A stretch of 64,000 nt of DNA from Gnetum montanum (taxonomy: Eukaryota > Plantae > Gnetophyta): NCBI GenBank assembly GCA_015680685.1, contig MNCI01003374.1, positions 62,001 through 126,000 on the forward strand. The letters are read 5' to 3'. A program made the position numbers and the translations under genes. Shown here in pieces: positions 1-14,114 of this stretch. The notes beneath the pieces were generated by a model. It had not been told where the DNA came from. It made no database searches and saw nothing but the letters and a program-made list of their open reading frames with translations. The first letter of the stretch is position 1; every line of letters begins with the position of its first letter.

Positions 1-228
1 ACTTCATTATTAAATTATAATTTATAGGGTGTTTAAACTCTAAAATAATTGTACTATAGGTATACCCAAATATATATAGTCCAATTAGAACTTTATACCT
101 TAGTATTGTCCATCAAAATTAAATTTATAACTTGGAGTTACAAAATCAAGAGTCCTAGCGCTAGGCTAACTTTCAAAAATCACTAATAAAACTCCAAGCC
201 TTTCAAATGTTCTTTATGATAATAGAAC

Positions 229-524
229 CTAATATAGTTATACCTTTTGGAAAAATTATCCAATTAAAAAATGAGTATTTGTCTGGTAATCATTACCTCT
301 AGGCTTACCCATCTAAATGTGCTTATAAAAAAGAAGTTTCCAAGGCTATCTACCATATAAGCATTTAACCACCCACTTGACACATAAAGAAATACCCTAC
401 TTATAACAATTCATAAATCTTAATCCAACATCCTCTTTGTGAGAAGTGTAAATGTCCCATGCAACATGACAAAATCCTTTTCTATAATGGCTGCTACTCT
501 AAAGAAAGTTTCTCACAAGCTGAT
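229..524 (-). pseudogene. Old L1-type LINE ORF2 fragment (left part), target of LTR element A
   Basis: Minus strand reads QLVRNFL*SSSHYRKGFCHVAWDIYTSHKEDVGLRFMN...KWVVKCLYG..PWK. It joins in frame to ASKFIVCKYIIQPTYVYYFAC*DPSISSYCHID at about 30790-30890 once element A is removed. Confidence 0.75.
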
Positions 525-1465
525 TGATGAAGCATCAAAGAGTCGTGTCAATGGGCCCCCATTGATGTGGCCTCATCGATGGGCCCCAGTCGATGCAGCC
601 CCATCTACGTGATGTTGCCCCATTGATGGGGCCCCATCAATGTAGCATTTGTTACATTTACAAGGTCCTGTCGATGTAGCTCCACAATAAAGTCTATAAA
701 TACATGCTTACCTACCATGTTTATATAGAGGTCTTGTCATAGTTGTAGTGGAGCTCTTGTAGTTTTGTCATTTGAGAGTTAGAATTTTTTCTAAGTGCCC
801 ATAGCAAGAGTAAAAAAGTGTATGGATCTTTATTCAAGCACTGAAGTACTAGAGCATAACAGTGTGAATGGCAATAAAGATGAGCCTTTTGATAAACCTT
901 GTAACAATTGGAAATCGATTAATTATTTATTCACGCATTTAATGTTTTATGCAATTTTCCTTAATGCTTTAAGTAATTAAATATTTAATTAGGCTAAACT
1001 AAGCTAAATTAAGTAGTGATTAATTAAGCACATAAGTACGACCACTTCAAGCATGCACATGATGCTTGGTAAATCCAATAACACTTAATGTTTGGTAAAC
1101 CAGCAATGTTATACGTGTTCAAGATGTGTACGGAAAGTGGGACTAGATGCTTATGTTAGGATTAGTTAAGTGTAGTTAGTTAGATTAAATTTAGCAATTA
1201 AATTACTTCATTACTTTGATCATTTATTTTTAAGCATCCAAAATATAAAACATAAAAACAATGAAAATCATATGCCTCAATTACACTTAACCATACCTTT
1301 TCATATCACAAGTGTAATTGGGAAGACAACAAATGACTGTTGGGACAAGTTCACTTCCTAGAGGCTAGTATACCGAAAGACATAGAATCCATGAAATTTG
1401 ATCAGCTCGTGCGTGAACACTTAGTGATTCATATGGTTAAGCATAGGTGTACTCGCAGCTCATCA
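525..1465 (+). repeat. 5' LTR of element A
   Basis: TGATGA...TCATCA termini, TATA-like ctataaata at about 694, colinear with 29864-30786. Confidence 0.9.
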
Positions 1466-1483
1466 TTGGCTCTGTTGTTGGGA
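1466..1483 (+). promoter_or_regulatory. Primer-binding site (tRNA-Asp type, Athila)
   Basis: ttggctctgttgttggga is a decayed TGGCGCCGTTGCCGGGGA, directly after the LTR end. Confidence 0.8.
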
Positions 1484-1619
1484 ACTCTTTTTGTTTGAAA
1501 TGTGCGCTATCTAGGTATAGTAAATATCAGTAACATTGTTGGACGAACCTAAGGTAAAAAATCATTCTAAAAACAAATATAATAATTTAAGCACACCAAT
1601 AACTTATTTTTATTATAGA

Positions 1620-4600
1620 ATGTATTCTGCTCACAAGTGTGATGATACTAAACTACTAGTGCCTTAAGAATGCAAGCTGGTATATACTCATCTAGATGAA
1701 TATGTGTCTAACTTCACCTTCATCCTGCACTAGGATGAACATTTGTGATGGCGAGATATGAAGGGCATCATTGTAATGCATCCTGATCAATTTGTGCTTG
1801 TGATGCTACTCCAAACTCTTAAGATGTTGGGCATCCAGGATCTTCAAGAAGAGTACATTATGCATGACTCTAACTACTAAAACTACCATCCCACTAAAAC
1901 ACAACACAAGAGAGATAGACACCAAGAGAAGCATCATGAGGTTATGAAGGGGAAATGGTTTACCATGTCCTTGTTCTTGATCAACCAAAATGACAATGAG
2001 GAACCTCTCTCTAGGGGTTCTCAATATTCAAATTCTCCATCCCTTGATATTGGTAATCAGGGCTTGAACTTGAAGCTACCATCCACTAACAATCTAGGTT
2101 TAGGCAAAAGTGGGCATCCATGTAAGGGCTCAGGCAAGCATTAGGATACCAAGAAAGCTAACGAACATGGTTGTGCAAAGCGTAGAGGAGCTGGTAGACA
2201 CCATGGTGATGGCAATCCTCCTTCTTCTTTACCCTCTTTATTTGCATCTTCTTCTTCCTCTTCTGGTTTTGATAGACATCGTCGACAATACAACTATTAT
2301 GAAAGTGACTAATGGGACAATAATGATCACCAAGCTCGCCATGAATGAAGGGGTAATAGAGGACATCATAGGCATAATCAAAATAATGATGATGATTAGA
2401 CTTTGTTGGCAACTTGGGCTATGTTGAATATTATAGAGGCATTGAAGATTCCAACCAGACATGTGAAAGATAGTTGGATTAAGCAAGTTAACATGAATGA
2501 TATCCCTAGATTTGAGGGTGGATATAACTTTGATCTGCAAACACATCTTCAAGCCTTTCATGATGCCTATGCCTTAAAAAATATTGAGAATGATTAGTAG
2601 AAATTAAAGCTATTTCCTAGGACACTCATGAAGGATCCCAAAAGCTGGTATCGGTCCTTGAAGCTAGAATCCATCCGCAAGTGGAGTACAATGCTAGAGC
2701 TATTCAATGATAAATATCAAATGTACTTCCAAGTGTCTAATCTAAGAAGGTAGATCCAAGGTTGAAAGCAAGAAACATAGGAACCTTTGGATGCTACTAT
2801 GGGTAGATACTATTCTATCATACATTGATGCCCTAGCCATGGTTATTCTTAGTGGGAATAACTACACCACATCATTGATGGACTCAAATTAGAAACAAGA
2901 AGAACTCTTTCAATTTATGCCCTAGGAAGACTATTAGAACATAAATACCATTAGATCTAAAGTCCAATAGAGCAGGTAGCAAAATAAAAAGGAGAGCTGA
3001 GGAACAAGAAAGTGTTGATGAATATAATAGGGATCCTTCCATTAGAAAAATGGAGGTTTGATTTTGTAACAATGAGAAGGAGTCACCACTTGATGAGATG
3101 ATGAATAGAAAGACCTTCATGATTCAAAAGTCTATGTTTGAAATTTTTGCCAAGGTAGATAAAATGTAGGATTTTTTGAATGAAAAATTCCAAACTACTC
3201 TAAAGATCATAGAAGAATCAAGAGAGCAAAGTAGTGATCATAACCACAGAAAGTAGAAAGAAGCAAAATGTGCCTATCAAAGGGGTAAGGGTAAAGCTAC
3301 TACAATAGAAGAAGTTGTGGAGACATAATCAAATGATGATGATTGGTGTGACATCTACCAATGTGAACATCCTAAGGGGTTTTTCCCTATCATGTACACT
3401 TGTAGGAGTCTGGGGTATACGTGCTAAATCCTAGATTGGCAATAAGGAAAGCACCTAGAAGATTTCCTTATCCTCAAGATAATCCAAGGTAGTTCTACCA
3501 ACAATAATAAGCTTATTATCCAAGTGGAGCTCCACCATGATCATATGAGCAATACCAGCAATAGCAACATCTACAGTTCTAGGGGCTACCACCACCAAGG
3601 TAGTAGTACTCTTATAGGTAACTAGATTCATATGGGTACTATGTTCGGCAACCAATGTCTTCACATGACTCTTCTAGTCACATTTCTTTTTAACATCACT
3701 ACTACCTTCTAGAGTATCATAGAACACATTCTCCATATACTAGAGGGGAAACCCCATATCCTTATCATCCTTATCATTCTTTTGCACATGCTCCTCCATC
3801 CTCCACCCAAATACCTCTTGCTCCATCTATGTAGGATGAAATTCCATCACAACTGCAACAAGATAATGCTACTAGGGTTGTTAATTTACAGCTGGTTTTC
3901 TAGTCGAATGCTTTGGAACCTAGATCTTAAAAATGATCATTCTTATGACCCAACAATCCTCCAAATTCCTAACTGACTAATTTGGCTGGCCACCATATCT
4001 CTCCATCATCCTCTACATCAAAACCCTTCGAGAGTCCTTCAAACTAAATGCCTCCTAAGATCTGCACTATCATGTTAACCCATATTGTATTTGATTAGAT
4101 CAAGGTTGGCAACCTTCCTAGGAGAAAATTTGACCCTAGAAGTCCTCTCATTTACTTACAAATCCTTAGACATGAGCCATGCAAGGCTCTTCTTGATTTA
4201 GATTCTGGTGTAAGTCTATTTTCCAATGACATGTACAAAGCATGCAACCTAACAACTCTCAAGAAAAGTAATATTCATCTAGAATTAAAAGACTCATTAA
4301 TCATAGTTTCTTTGGGTCTTGTGGAAGACATTGTGATCATTATTTGTGGGTGGTCCTATCCAATCAATTTTCTAGTGATCAAGGTTAATAACTGCAAGGA
4401 AGACTTCCCAATTATTATGGGAAGGACATGGTTGAGCATTGTTGACATGTGAATGAGCATCACAGAGCTCTACTTGAAAATTTCTAAGGAGAATGAATTT
4501 GGAAATATCAAGAAGAAGAGAGTTCCATGGATCACGCACAATGATATCAAGTGGAACTGTGTGCAGAAACTTTGATTTGTCAAGAGCACATCCATCAGAG

Positions 4601-7600
4601 CATGCTAACAATGTGTAGATGAATTTGAACTTCAAAGGTGCTTGTATGCAGTTGCCACAAAATAGGAGGGTACCCAGTGGCTAACAATTGATCTTGAAAT
4701 TAGCACACTTTGCATGGAACCTGCTAAGAGTCTAACATGTGTCTATATTGAAAGCATGGATAAACTAGAGCAAGTTCATCAATAACTCTTTGATAATGTA
4801 AATGATGATACCTATTGGGAAGAGTTGGAAATCCCTAAAGATTTTTTAAAAAACCCCCCTTAGAGTTGAAAAATCTACCTACTAGCATGAAGTATGCATT
4901 CTTGACAAATGGCAAGTTGGTAATAATCAATGCCAATCTTGCTACTAAATAGAAATAGATGTTGTTGAAGGTGGTCAAAAAATGTCCAATAACCTTGCTT
5001 TGTCATATCCTAAATTCACAAGGATTGATCCAAGGATATGCTAGCATTGTATTTACACCAATCTGACCATGAAGCTAAGGAGGCAACTACAATGGTGGTT
5101 GAATCCAAAATTGAAGTAGATCATCAAAATGGAGATTGATCAACTCCTCAAGGTAGGGTTCATCTACCCCATTGCAGATAGTGAGTGGGTTAGCCCACTT
5201 TTGTAAGTGCCAATAAAAGGTGGCAAATCATAGGTTTGTATCAATTTTTGGCTGTTGAATATGACAACATTCAAAGATAACTTTCCATTGCCATTTGTGG
5301 ATCATGTGTTAAACACTATATTTGGGCATTGCTATTACAATTTTTTGGATGGTTATAATGGCTATAACCAAATCTAGATTGCATTAGAAAACCAAGCCAA
5401 AGCAACATTCACAAGTCCTTGAGGAACTTTTGCATATCAAAAGATGCCTTTTAGTCTATGCAATGCTCCTACCACTTTCCAACGCCTGGTCTTAAGCATC
5501 TTTCAGTAGCAAATCAATAGTGGAGTGGAAGTCTTTATGGATGACTTCTCCACTTATGGTACTACATTTGAGCAAACCTTGGACTACCTTGAGTAAGTAT
5601 TCAAAAGATTTGCAGAAATAAACATGTGGCTAAATTAGAAAAAAAGCCATCTCATGGTCCAGAAGGGCATTGTATTGGGGCATAGAGTTTCTTTGTTAGG
5701 GATTAAGATGGATCCTGAAAAGATAAGGGTCATTCAAGGAATAACTCGCCAACCAAAAACCATTAAAGATGTTTGATCATTCCTTAGATACATTGGCTAC
5801 TATTGGTGATTCATAAAGAATTTCCCTAAGATTGCAAAATCATTGGTCAAGCTAACAAAGAAAGATGTTCCATTCATTTGGACCAAGGAATGCAAAAATG
5901 CATTCCAGAGCCTCAAGTAGAAGCTTGTAGAGACTCCAATTCTACAAGCACCTAACTGGTCCAAATTATTTCATATCATGATAAATGCATCAAATTATGC
6001 CTTGAGAACCATGCTTATAGAGTTGGATGACAAGAAACGTTCATACTACATCCACTACGCAAGTTAAAGCATTGTGGGTGCATAGTTGAATTACACCACA
6101 ATAGAGAAAGAACTAATGGTTGTGGTGTATGCTCTAGAGAAGTTCAAGCACTATGTGCTTGGGTATAAAGTGTTTATGTACACTAACCATAGTGCCATCC
6201 ACTTCCTAATGAACAAGCCAATGGTGAGCTCCCATGTCATACAGTGGTTGGTGATCTTGTAGGAATTTCATTGTACAATGGTAGATAGAAAGGAAACTAA
6301 GAATGTGGTCGTTGATCACTTATCTCAGTTGTGTGGGATGACAAAGAGAAAGAGAGCCCACTATCTGACCAATTTCCAAATGCCTCTTTGCTTGCGCAAT
6401 AAATGAACAAATGCTAGCAAAACCACAATGGTATGATGACATTCTCACTTAATTTTTTACTCAAGAGATGCCATAATATTTGGACTATAGAAAGAAACAA
6501 CAGTTTTTTCATCAGGCCAAATGCTTCATGGAAATAAATGGACATCTTTATAAGGTGTGTGATGATGGCCTAGTTCATTGGTGTGTACTTGATGCTGATC
6601 AAGTGTGTGTTCTCTAGGATGCTCATGAGGGTCCTTATGAGGGCCACTATGCTAGGAGATGCATCACCATTAAGATCCTAATGGTAGAGTATTATTGGCC
6701 AATCATCTTCAGGGACACCCACCAATTTGTTCGTTCTTATGAATGCTATCAACGAGATGGTGGGATGACTACAGGAATGGGGGGTCCTCAATAGTGCATT
6801 TAATGACTAGAAATCTTCGACATATGGGGCATCAACTTCATGGGTCCCATCACACCCATGTCAAATGGAAAGGCATATATAATCATGGTTGTTTATTACT
6901 ACACAAAATGGGTAGAAGCAATAGCCGTCATTGACTATACATCATTCACTGCTACTCGATTTGTAGAATAAAATGTTGTGAACAAGTTTGGGGTGCCATG
7001 TGCATTGATTTCTGACAACAAAACTCATTTTATAGGTGCTACTTTTTGCAAGCTTATGCAACGCTTAGGGGTTGAACATAAATTAATAACACCCTATCAT
7101 CCCAAGTCAATGATCAAGTAGAAGTTACCAATAGGAAGATCATGAAGATCCTAATGAGAACCATTAGCAAATATAGAAATGACTAGAGCACAAAATTAAA
7201 TGATGCCCTCTGGGCATACCACTCAACATGGAAACTTCCTATAGGCTACTCTTCCTATGAGTTGGTGTATGGAAAATCTCCAACTCTACTTATTCAATTT
7301 AGGCTCCATACACTTTCAATAGCCTATGACTTGAACCTTGACCTTAGCCTAGCACAAAAAGAAAGATTAATCAACCTAAATGTGCTAGATGAAAATCAAT
7401 TGGTAGCCATATCCTTAAATGAAGTGCACAAGGCATTCAACAAAAAGCATCATGACATTAGAACATAGAAGGAGAAATTTCAAGCAGAAGATAAGGTTCT
7501 CAACTAGAATCACACACACGTACCTTAATGAACTAGGTTCTAGATGTTATGGAAAGGGCCTTACATCATTTATGAAACCTTTCCTTTTAGGTCCATGTTG

Positions 7601-7790
7601 ATCTGCAAACCTTAGAGCCTAAAAAAAAAGCAGCTGATCAACACATAACAACTCAAACCTTTCCATGAACCCAAGCAAGCAAGTGCAACAAATACCTCAA
7701 CAAATGAACAACCACACTCAAATTTCTAAATCTCCTCCATCCAACTCAATTGTGGGGGAGATGGCCATCCATGCTAATCACATATGTGGC
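1620..7790 (+). pseudogene. gag-pol of element A (many stops and frameshifts)
   Basis: Gag LKLFPRTL at about 2605; protease ALLDxDSGV at about 4185; RT DNFPLPFVD, FLDGYNGYNQI and VFMDDF (5531); RNase H NYTTIEKEL (about 6090); integrase GHY...YYWP and WGINFMGP. Start is approximate. Confidence 0.9.
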
Positions 7791-9001
7791 TCCTCAGTTT
7801 TTACACATTTTTTTTTTGCAAATTATTTATTTTACACCCTTTTTAATTTTAAAACTTTTTCCTATTTTACACCATTTTTTGTTTTACGCCATCATTTATA
7901 CAATTAAATGTTTTTAGTATATTTTACACTTTCTTATGTATTTTACTTTACTTTAGTGTAAGTTTATAATTTTTGTTAATAAATGTGCTTTGTGCCAAAG
8001 GGACATAGTGGTGCTCTAGTTGTTGCTAATGGTGGTTTGTGCTTAATGTTTTTTGTTTACTAATGTGTGGTTTCTATTTTTGAATTTTTGTATCAATAGA
8101 TAAGGCATGGTTTCTTTTTTATGAAATAGGCAATGAGTCCATGACATTCACCCATCCACAAAAATCTATGGTTTTCCTTGTTTGGGAAATATGACGTTCC
8201 TTTCATTAAATAAACTTTTAATAAATTTGTGACCTTGGTGGTCTCTAGAATTAGAAAGGATTCAAAGGTTTACAGAGGGAGTGACTTCAAGGGAACTCAA
8301 TACTCTTTGTACTCTTCTACTTATGTGGGTGCATGAGTGTTTTCATGGATTTCTTATTATTTCATGTTGATCATAAACAGGAAGTTAAATAACTCTTTGC
8401 ATGTTGTGGTTTGCATTTGAAGAAAAAAGAGAAAGAAAAGAAACAAAGAAAAATATATATTTAAAATAAAATATAAAATATGAATAAAAACTAGTGGGAA
8501 TTCAAAGCACATCCCTTACACAAATAAACGGGCTATAAGCATTGGTTATGGGACTAGAAAGACATGTTACCCATGCTTAAAGGTCCCCTCTAACTAAGGC
8601 CCTCTCTCACTTCCTGCTTCTCTTTTCTTCTCTTTAAGGAATTGTGGTTGTTTTGTGGAAGCACTCTTGTGTCTCAAGGGGATGGATCAATCTTGGAGTG
8701 GCAATGTGAAGTCACTGAAAGCGATTGGTTTTGGTCTAGACTAAAATGGATCTTCTTAGGTCATTTAATCACAAATCCATAAGGGACTTCTTATGACCTC
8801 AATTTAGAACTCCATTCCACCCTCTCCATCATTCATCCATGCTGCCCATAACTCACCTTATTGTCAATGTCCATGTTCTTATTCGATGTCTTTGTGTGAC
8901 ATACTTAAATTCCTTGGTAGAATCTTCTAGGTTTTGGTCATTAACTTTCATAAACCATTAGTCACCTATGGGGCCAATGTACTCCTTAGGTTGAGGTTAT
9001 G

Positions 9002-9509
9002 TGTAACATCTCATTCTCAAATGTTATAAAAATATGATTGCTTAATTTACCGCATTCATCATTTTCTTAGATAATATAATGAAAACATCATAACTACTGA
9101 ATAAATGAATTAACTGGTAAATAAATAATTGGTACTGCAAAATTAAAAAGAGGAAAATGAAAAAATTTTATTAATAGAAGAGAGTATGGTAACGCCCTTT
9201 GGGTTATCTTCCTATGCCACTTAAGCCTTAGAGGCATTCCAGCACACAACCACGATTAGGTTGTCCTACAAAAGGGGTGATCACTCCCTTCTTGTCCCGC
9301 TTCACCCAACTCCCATCACTTGCCTATCCTGGCTCCATAACTCCATGTTAGCATGACCTCTAAACTTGACCTTAAATGGCATAGGTCAAACCTTTTTCCA
9401 AGGGATACAGGAATATTCATAACTTCTCATAACAAGGTGCCCCTTCATTTGAAGGTTAACTACATTGTTTACAATTATTTCCATCATTAACAATGGACAT
9501 AATGTTATA
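9002..9509 (-). repeat. 3' LTR of element C
   Basis: tgtaacatc...tgttata; colinear with 17560-18067. Confidence 0.9.
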
Positions 9510-9529
9510 ATCTACCTCCCTTAGGCATC

Positions 9530-10355
9530 TAGCACGTCCTCAAGCTCTTCCTCTATATCCAGCTACTCAACTGCTGCTTCATTGTTATGCTCCTTAGCTT
9601 TAGTTCTTTTATTTTCCTCATCATCATCTATACAAATAAAAGATCAAAAATTATAAAACATAATTTATTATATCCATAATAAATACAATTTATCATTCAA
9701 TATCATGATGATCAAAAAATTGGAGGTAAGTATTAAAAATAAACTCCTTGTTTTCCTGAGTCTGCTAATTACAATTTGACCATTGAATGAGTACTTTACT
9801 AATATTTTTATTTTTTAATTTCTTGGTTTGTTGGTTCTTAATTGCAATGGGTCTAACTTTAAAGCTGGCATTAGATAGCAATGGCAAAGTATTCTAATCT
9901 AGCACATATAGTACATCATTTTCATGAGATTTCTTTTGTAAGCTTACATGGAAAACTAGATGAATTTTTAAGGTTGCTATAAGTTTTAACCAATATGCTG
10001 CTTTGCTAATTCTTTCAAAGATTTCAAAAGTTCCATAATATCTAGGTGCCAATTTGGTATATTTCCCAATTTTAAGGAAACTTTTGTTAGATTTTACTCT
10101 CAGTAATGCTTAATCTCCTACTTGGAATTCTTTTTTAAGCCGATGTTAATTTGCATATGCTTTATATTTATCTTGGTCATCTTGTAAATTTCATTTAACT
10201 CTTGTGATAATGTTTTTCATTATTTTCATTTATTCTTCTTTCCATTCTATTCTTAAGGTTGGATTTGCCTAGGTTAGTGGTGTATGATAATTGCATCCAT
10301 ACACTACTTTGAATGGTGTTCAATGTATGGAACCTTGATAATTGTTATTATAGGA
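9530..10355 (-). pseudogene. Element C integrase C-terminus and chromodomain-like remnant
   Basis: YNNNYQGSIH*TPFKVVYG; KLAPRYYGTFEI; KIHLVFHVS; KVLIQWSN. Confidence 0.8.
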
Positions 10356-10357
10356 AA

Positions 10358-10463
10358 ATGAACCCCCACTGGCCACTACGAGCTTAACGCAAATACAGGC
10401 CACTGGCAATTTGAACAGCCTCCTGTATTTGCGTTAAGCTCGTAGTGGCCAGTGGGGGTTCAT
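10358..10463. repeat. Perfect 42-bp inverted repeat with 22-nt spacer
   Basis: Arm 10358-10399 is the exact reverse complement of 10422-10463. Confidence 0.95.
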
Positions 10464-11644
10464 CGTCATCTTGTAAGTTATGCCTTCATGTGTTGGGATA
10501 ACGTTGTTTCCATTCATGTTTATAAGAAACCCCCACTTCGGGTTGCATACTTCAATCTTCATCATTATCTAGTTCGTTCGTTCTCCAATGAACTTCCTCA
10601 CTAAGTGTGGCGTTATTATAATCTTGTAGGAGAGGCATTGTTGTGTGCGAATTTATGTAACTTTTTATAATTACTTCTTTATAAGAAATATATCGTTAAG
10701 TTCTTTACAGCGACCTTGTATGATATAACTAATCTAAATAACTAGCACCATCCCTGGAAATGGTGTCAATGATGAGTGACGAGGTGCCCCTACGCCCAAC
10801 CATACGAATACGAGCGTTCATGCACGATCCAGTTGAACTCCACGGACAGGCTAGTTGTGGTATCTAGATAGTTACACGTTGATCGCAGTTCGCTGTCTTC
10901 CCACCTGGACTAGTATTTGCTTTGTCATGTATGGTTTAGTCCGGGGTGAGGCGTATGATGTGATCCTAAACTAATGCTACTCCTAGAGGCAATGGAAGAT
11001 AATATTAATTAAACTAATGAGCAATAGGAAATGAGTCTAAGCTAGCCTAAGTGCGATGAGTATCCGTTCCTTAATCATCTGTACACATCTTGGACCTCGT
11101 GCATGACTACTACTGGGGTTACCAAGCGTAGATCCTAGGTACGCTGCTAGGTTACCAAGTAATCACACTTAAATGCTCGTGATTAAGTCGTACTCATTCC
11201 GCATTTAACAATAGGAACAGTAAATGACGATAAAGAAATATTAACTAAGAAAGCAATAGATAACAGAAACAATTAACAATTAAATTAAACAATTAAACTA
11301 AGTGAATGCTGCAATGATGAAGTAATCTCAATCTTTATTGTCAATCATGTGCATGTCCAAGTACGTCACACTCAAATAAAGGTTCCGTACAATTACAAGC
11401 ATCACACTGCGGGCATGCACTTGGGAAAATAATCTATCTCTTGCAGCAAGAAACTGCAAGAGCTTCACTACAACTAAATTATGGATGCCTAAATGAGGCA
11501 AAGGGCCCTCATATTTATAGGCTGGGATAGTTGGCTACGTAAACGGGGCCCCACCGATGCAGCGTTGCTACGTTGACGCGGCCCTGTCGACGCGACCGCA
11601 TATGCGCGGCCTAGTTGACGCACCAACTATTAAATGCTTCATCA
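10422..11644 (-). mobile_element. Fragment D: truncated Athila-type element (LTR 10770-11644, PBS, about 350 bp of leader) inside C
   Basis: TGATGA/TCATCA termini; Asp-type PBS at about 10751-10769; LTR similar to those of A and B; no second LTR and no matching TSD. Confidence 0.85.
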
Positions 11645-13220
11645 GTACCTAAAGATCTCTGAGGTTGAGATACTTTGACAACATTGTAGCACCCTTTTTG
11701 ACTAATCTTTTATTTTTCTTAATGGTTATCATATGAATTTGCCTTATTATTCCTACCCTCCTTAGAACCCTGACTTCATCAGTGGTTGGAACTTTTAAAA
11801 TACGAGTTCCAAAGTGGGTATCAAATTTTTGTAGGAAAGACATTCATAAAATTGCATCAACATCACCTAGTTCAAATTCAAAGAATTCATCAATGAAAGG
11901 CATGTTTTGCAAAGTAAAGTTAATTTCTCCATAACTAGTATGCTGGCTCATGCTCATTCCATCTACCAATTCTATCTTAATAATTTTCTTAGAAGGTAAA
12001 CTTAATTTCAATAAATTAATTAACTTTGGAGAAATAAAGTTATTATTGGCACAATAATTAATAAAAATTTAATTTTTTTACCTTTAATTAAACCTTCAAA
12101 AATTAGTAAAGCAAACTAAAATTTACGCAAACCTGATTTAGTTGATGCAAATATCTTCTTCACGGCTATGGTGGTGGTTGGACTTTTTTCTTTATTCATG
12201 TTTGGATTGGGTTTTTGATTTCTAATTTAGTTGATCCTTTGTACTTTTGTTCGTAATTTTGGACAGTTTCATTTGAAATGATCTTTGCCACAAACAAAAC
12301 ATCCTAATCTAGATCAACCTCTTTTGGTTAGTGTTTCCTCTACCATTGCTTGTGGAAAGGTAGTTTGTTGAAGAGTTTCTTATTGAAGGGTAGTGGTATC
12401 TAATTCGATTTCTCATAATCCTTAGCAATTCTATATGCTTCATCAACAATTTGAGGATTATGAGTTTGTGTTTGGGTACATAGTTGAGCATGTAGTCCAC
12501 CAATGAATTTTGAAGCTCATTCTCCCTCATCCTGGTGACTTACATACTGAGAAAGATCATAGAATTCCTTATGATAATCTTCTATGGATTGCCTTCCCAA
12601 TCTTAAGGAATCAAATCTTATTTTGTGCTCTTTGAGGAAAGAATTTGGTACATATTTTTGTTTAAAATCTCAACAAAAATTAAGCCAATTTATAATTAAA
12701 CCTTAAGATCTTAGTTCATTTCACCATGTTATAGCAAGTCTTCTTAAATATAAGGAGATAACTTCTAAATGTTCCCATCTTGACAAATTCAACATATTGA
12801 AGTAGTTTTTCATTGTATCAAGCCAATCCTTTACCTTGGCATTGGATCCAAGGGCTCCATCATAATGATCTAATTTTACTTTCTTGGCAAGAACTTGTAT
12901 CAAAAATTCTCTGGGTGGATTAAACCAGTTCCCATATCCCTTAGCTTTGGTTTCTACTCTATGGCCTATAGGAGGGATTTCGATATCCTATCCACTAGTA
13001 GGTGGGGGTTGTTTTTGGTATGGATCCCTAGGGGAAAGTTGATCTTGATCTTGATTTTGATCCCTAAGTGGAATGTGGGCAAGAATTGAAGGTTGAGTGA
13101 GATGGTCAGTTAATTGCTTGATGGAGTTTGCAAAGGAATTCATCTTTCCTTGGAGGTGTAGCCATTTATCCTCTAAACTCTAGGACAATTTCCTTATTTC
13201 TTCAGACATATTTTGCATCT
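11645..13220 (-). pseudogene. Element C gag and protease remnant
   Basis: VKDWLDTMKNYF...LAITW (retrotransposon gag); zinc knuckle CFVCGKDHFK*NC (about 12262-12300); decayed protease motif ILINYCANNNFIS (about 12035-12070). Confidence 0.8.
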
Positions 13221-14114
13221 CTATCCTAAACCCCTAATTTGACTGACAAAGCTCCTCTTAAACACCCCTTATCGCATTAAGTTGATCTTCAAGGGCATTC
13301 ATTCGATCATTGACTCGAGCCTCCATTTCTCTCTAATTTATTATTTGGGTTCTATACATCGATAAGTTGAAGAAATCAAGTATGTTAATAATCCTTAGCT
13401 TCTGTGGCCCTTTTTATAGGTCTCGAAATAGTTAATTAATTACTAAAGAAGTTGAAATTGTAATGGATTTCTTATCGAGCATCGAATCCTAATTGTTTTT
13501 GAGACTTTAAACAATGGACAAAAGCATGAATTTTCTATAATTCGAAAGCTAAATCTAATAGTTCCATTGAGTCCAGAAGGTTCAAAGTTGTTGGAATCAA
13601 TTTTTGTTTAGTTGAAAAAGAACTCTAAATTCCAAAGTTATAGTTGTTTTAAATTTACAAAACTTGCATGTTTTTCAGGACTTTCCAAGAGGTCATCCAT
13701 CCTAGTTTTACTTTAGAACGAGTATGCATAATGACAAATTTTTTATCCCTATTGTTACCAAGGCACCAATTTAAATTTTTGAAAATAGTTGTGCACATTA
13801 TTAATTTAAATTAACAATTAATGATGAAAAAATTTTAAAATTCTTTTGTCAACTAATGATAATTTTGAAATTACTGTCTGCCAATGAAAATTTTTGCTGC
13901 ATAAACGATAGCCATTCAAGGTTCATGCGGCCCTCCTCTTAGCTAATGCAACCTATCTCAAGATCAGCATCGCCTGTGTCATGGCCTATAGGGCCCATCA
14001 CTAGACTTGCATGGCCCCTTGACTAGGCTTATGCATGTTTGATAGAGAGGCAATTTATAGAGAGGTCTAGAGAGGCATTTTTTAGCAATGTGGAAGGTGG
14101 TTTATGCAATGTGA

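Noticed and set aside
1806-2597. Hydrophobic and His-rich short ORFs as membrane or metal-binding proteins
   Set aside because: Alternative frames of the low-complexity Athila gag N-terminus.
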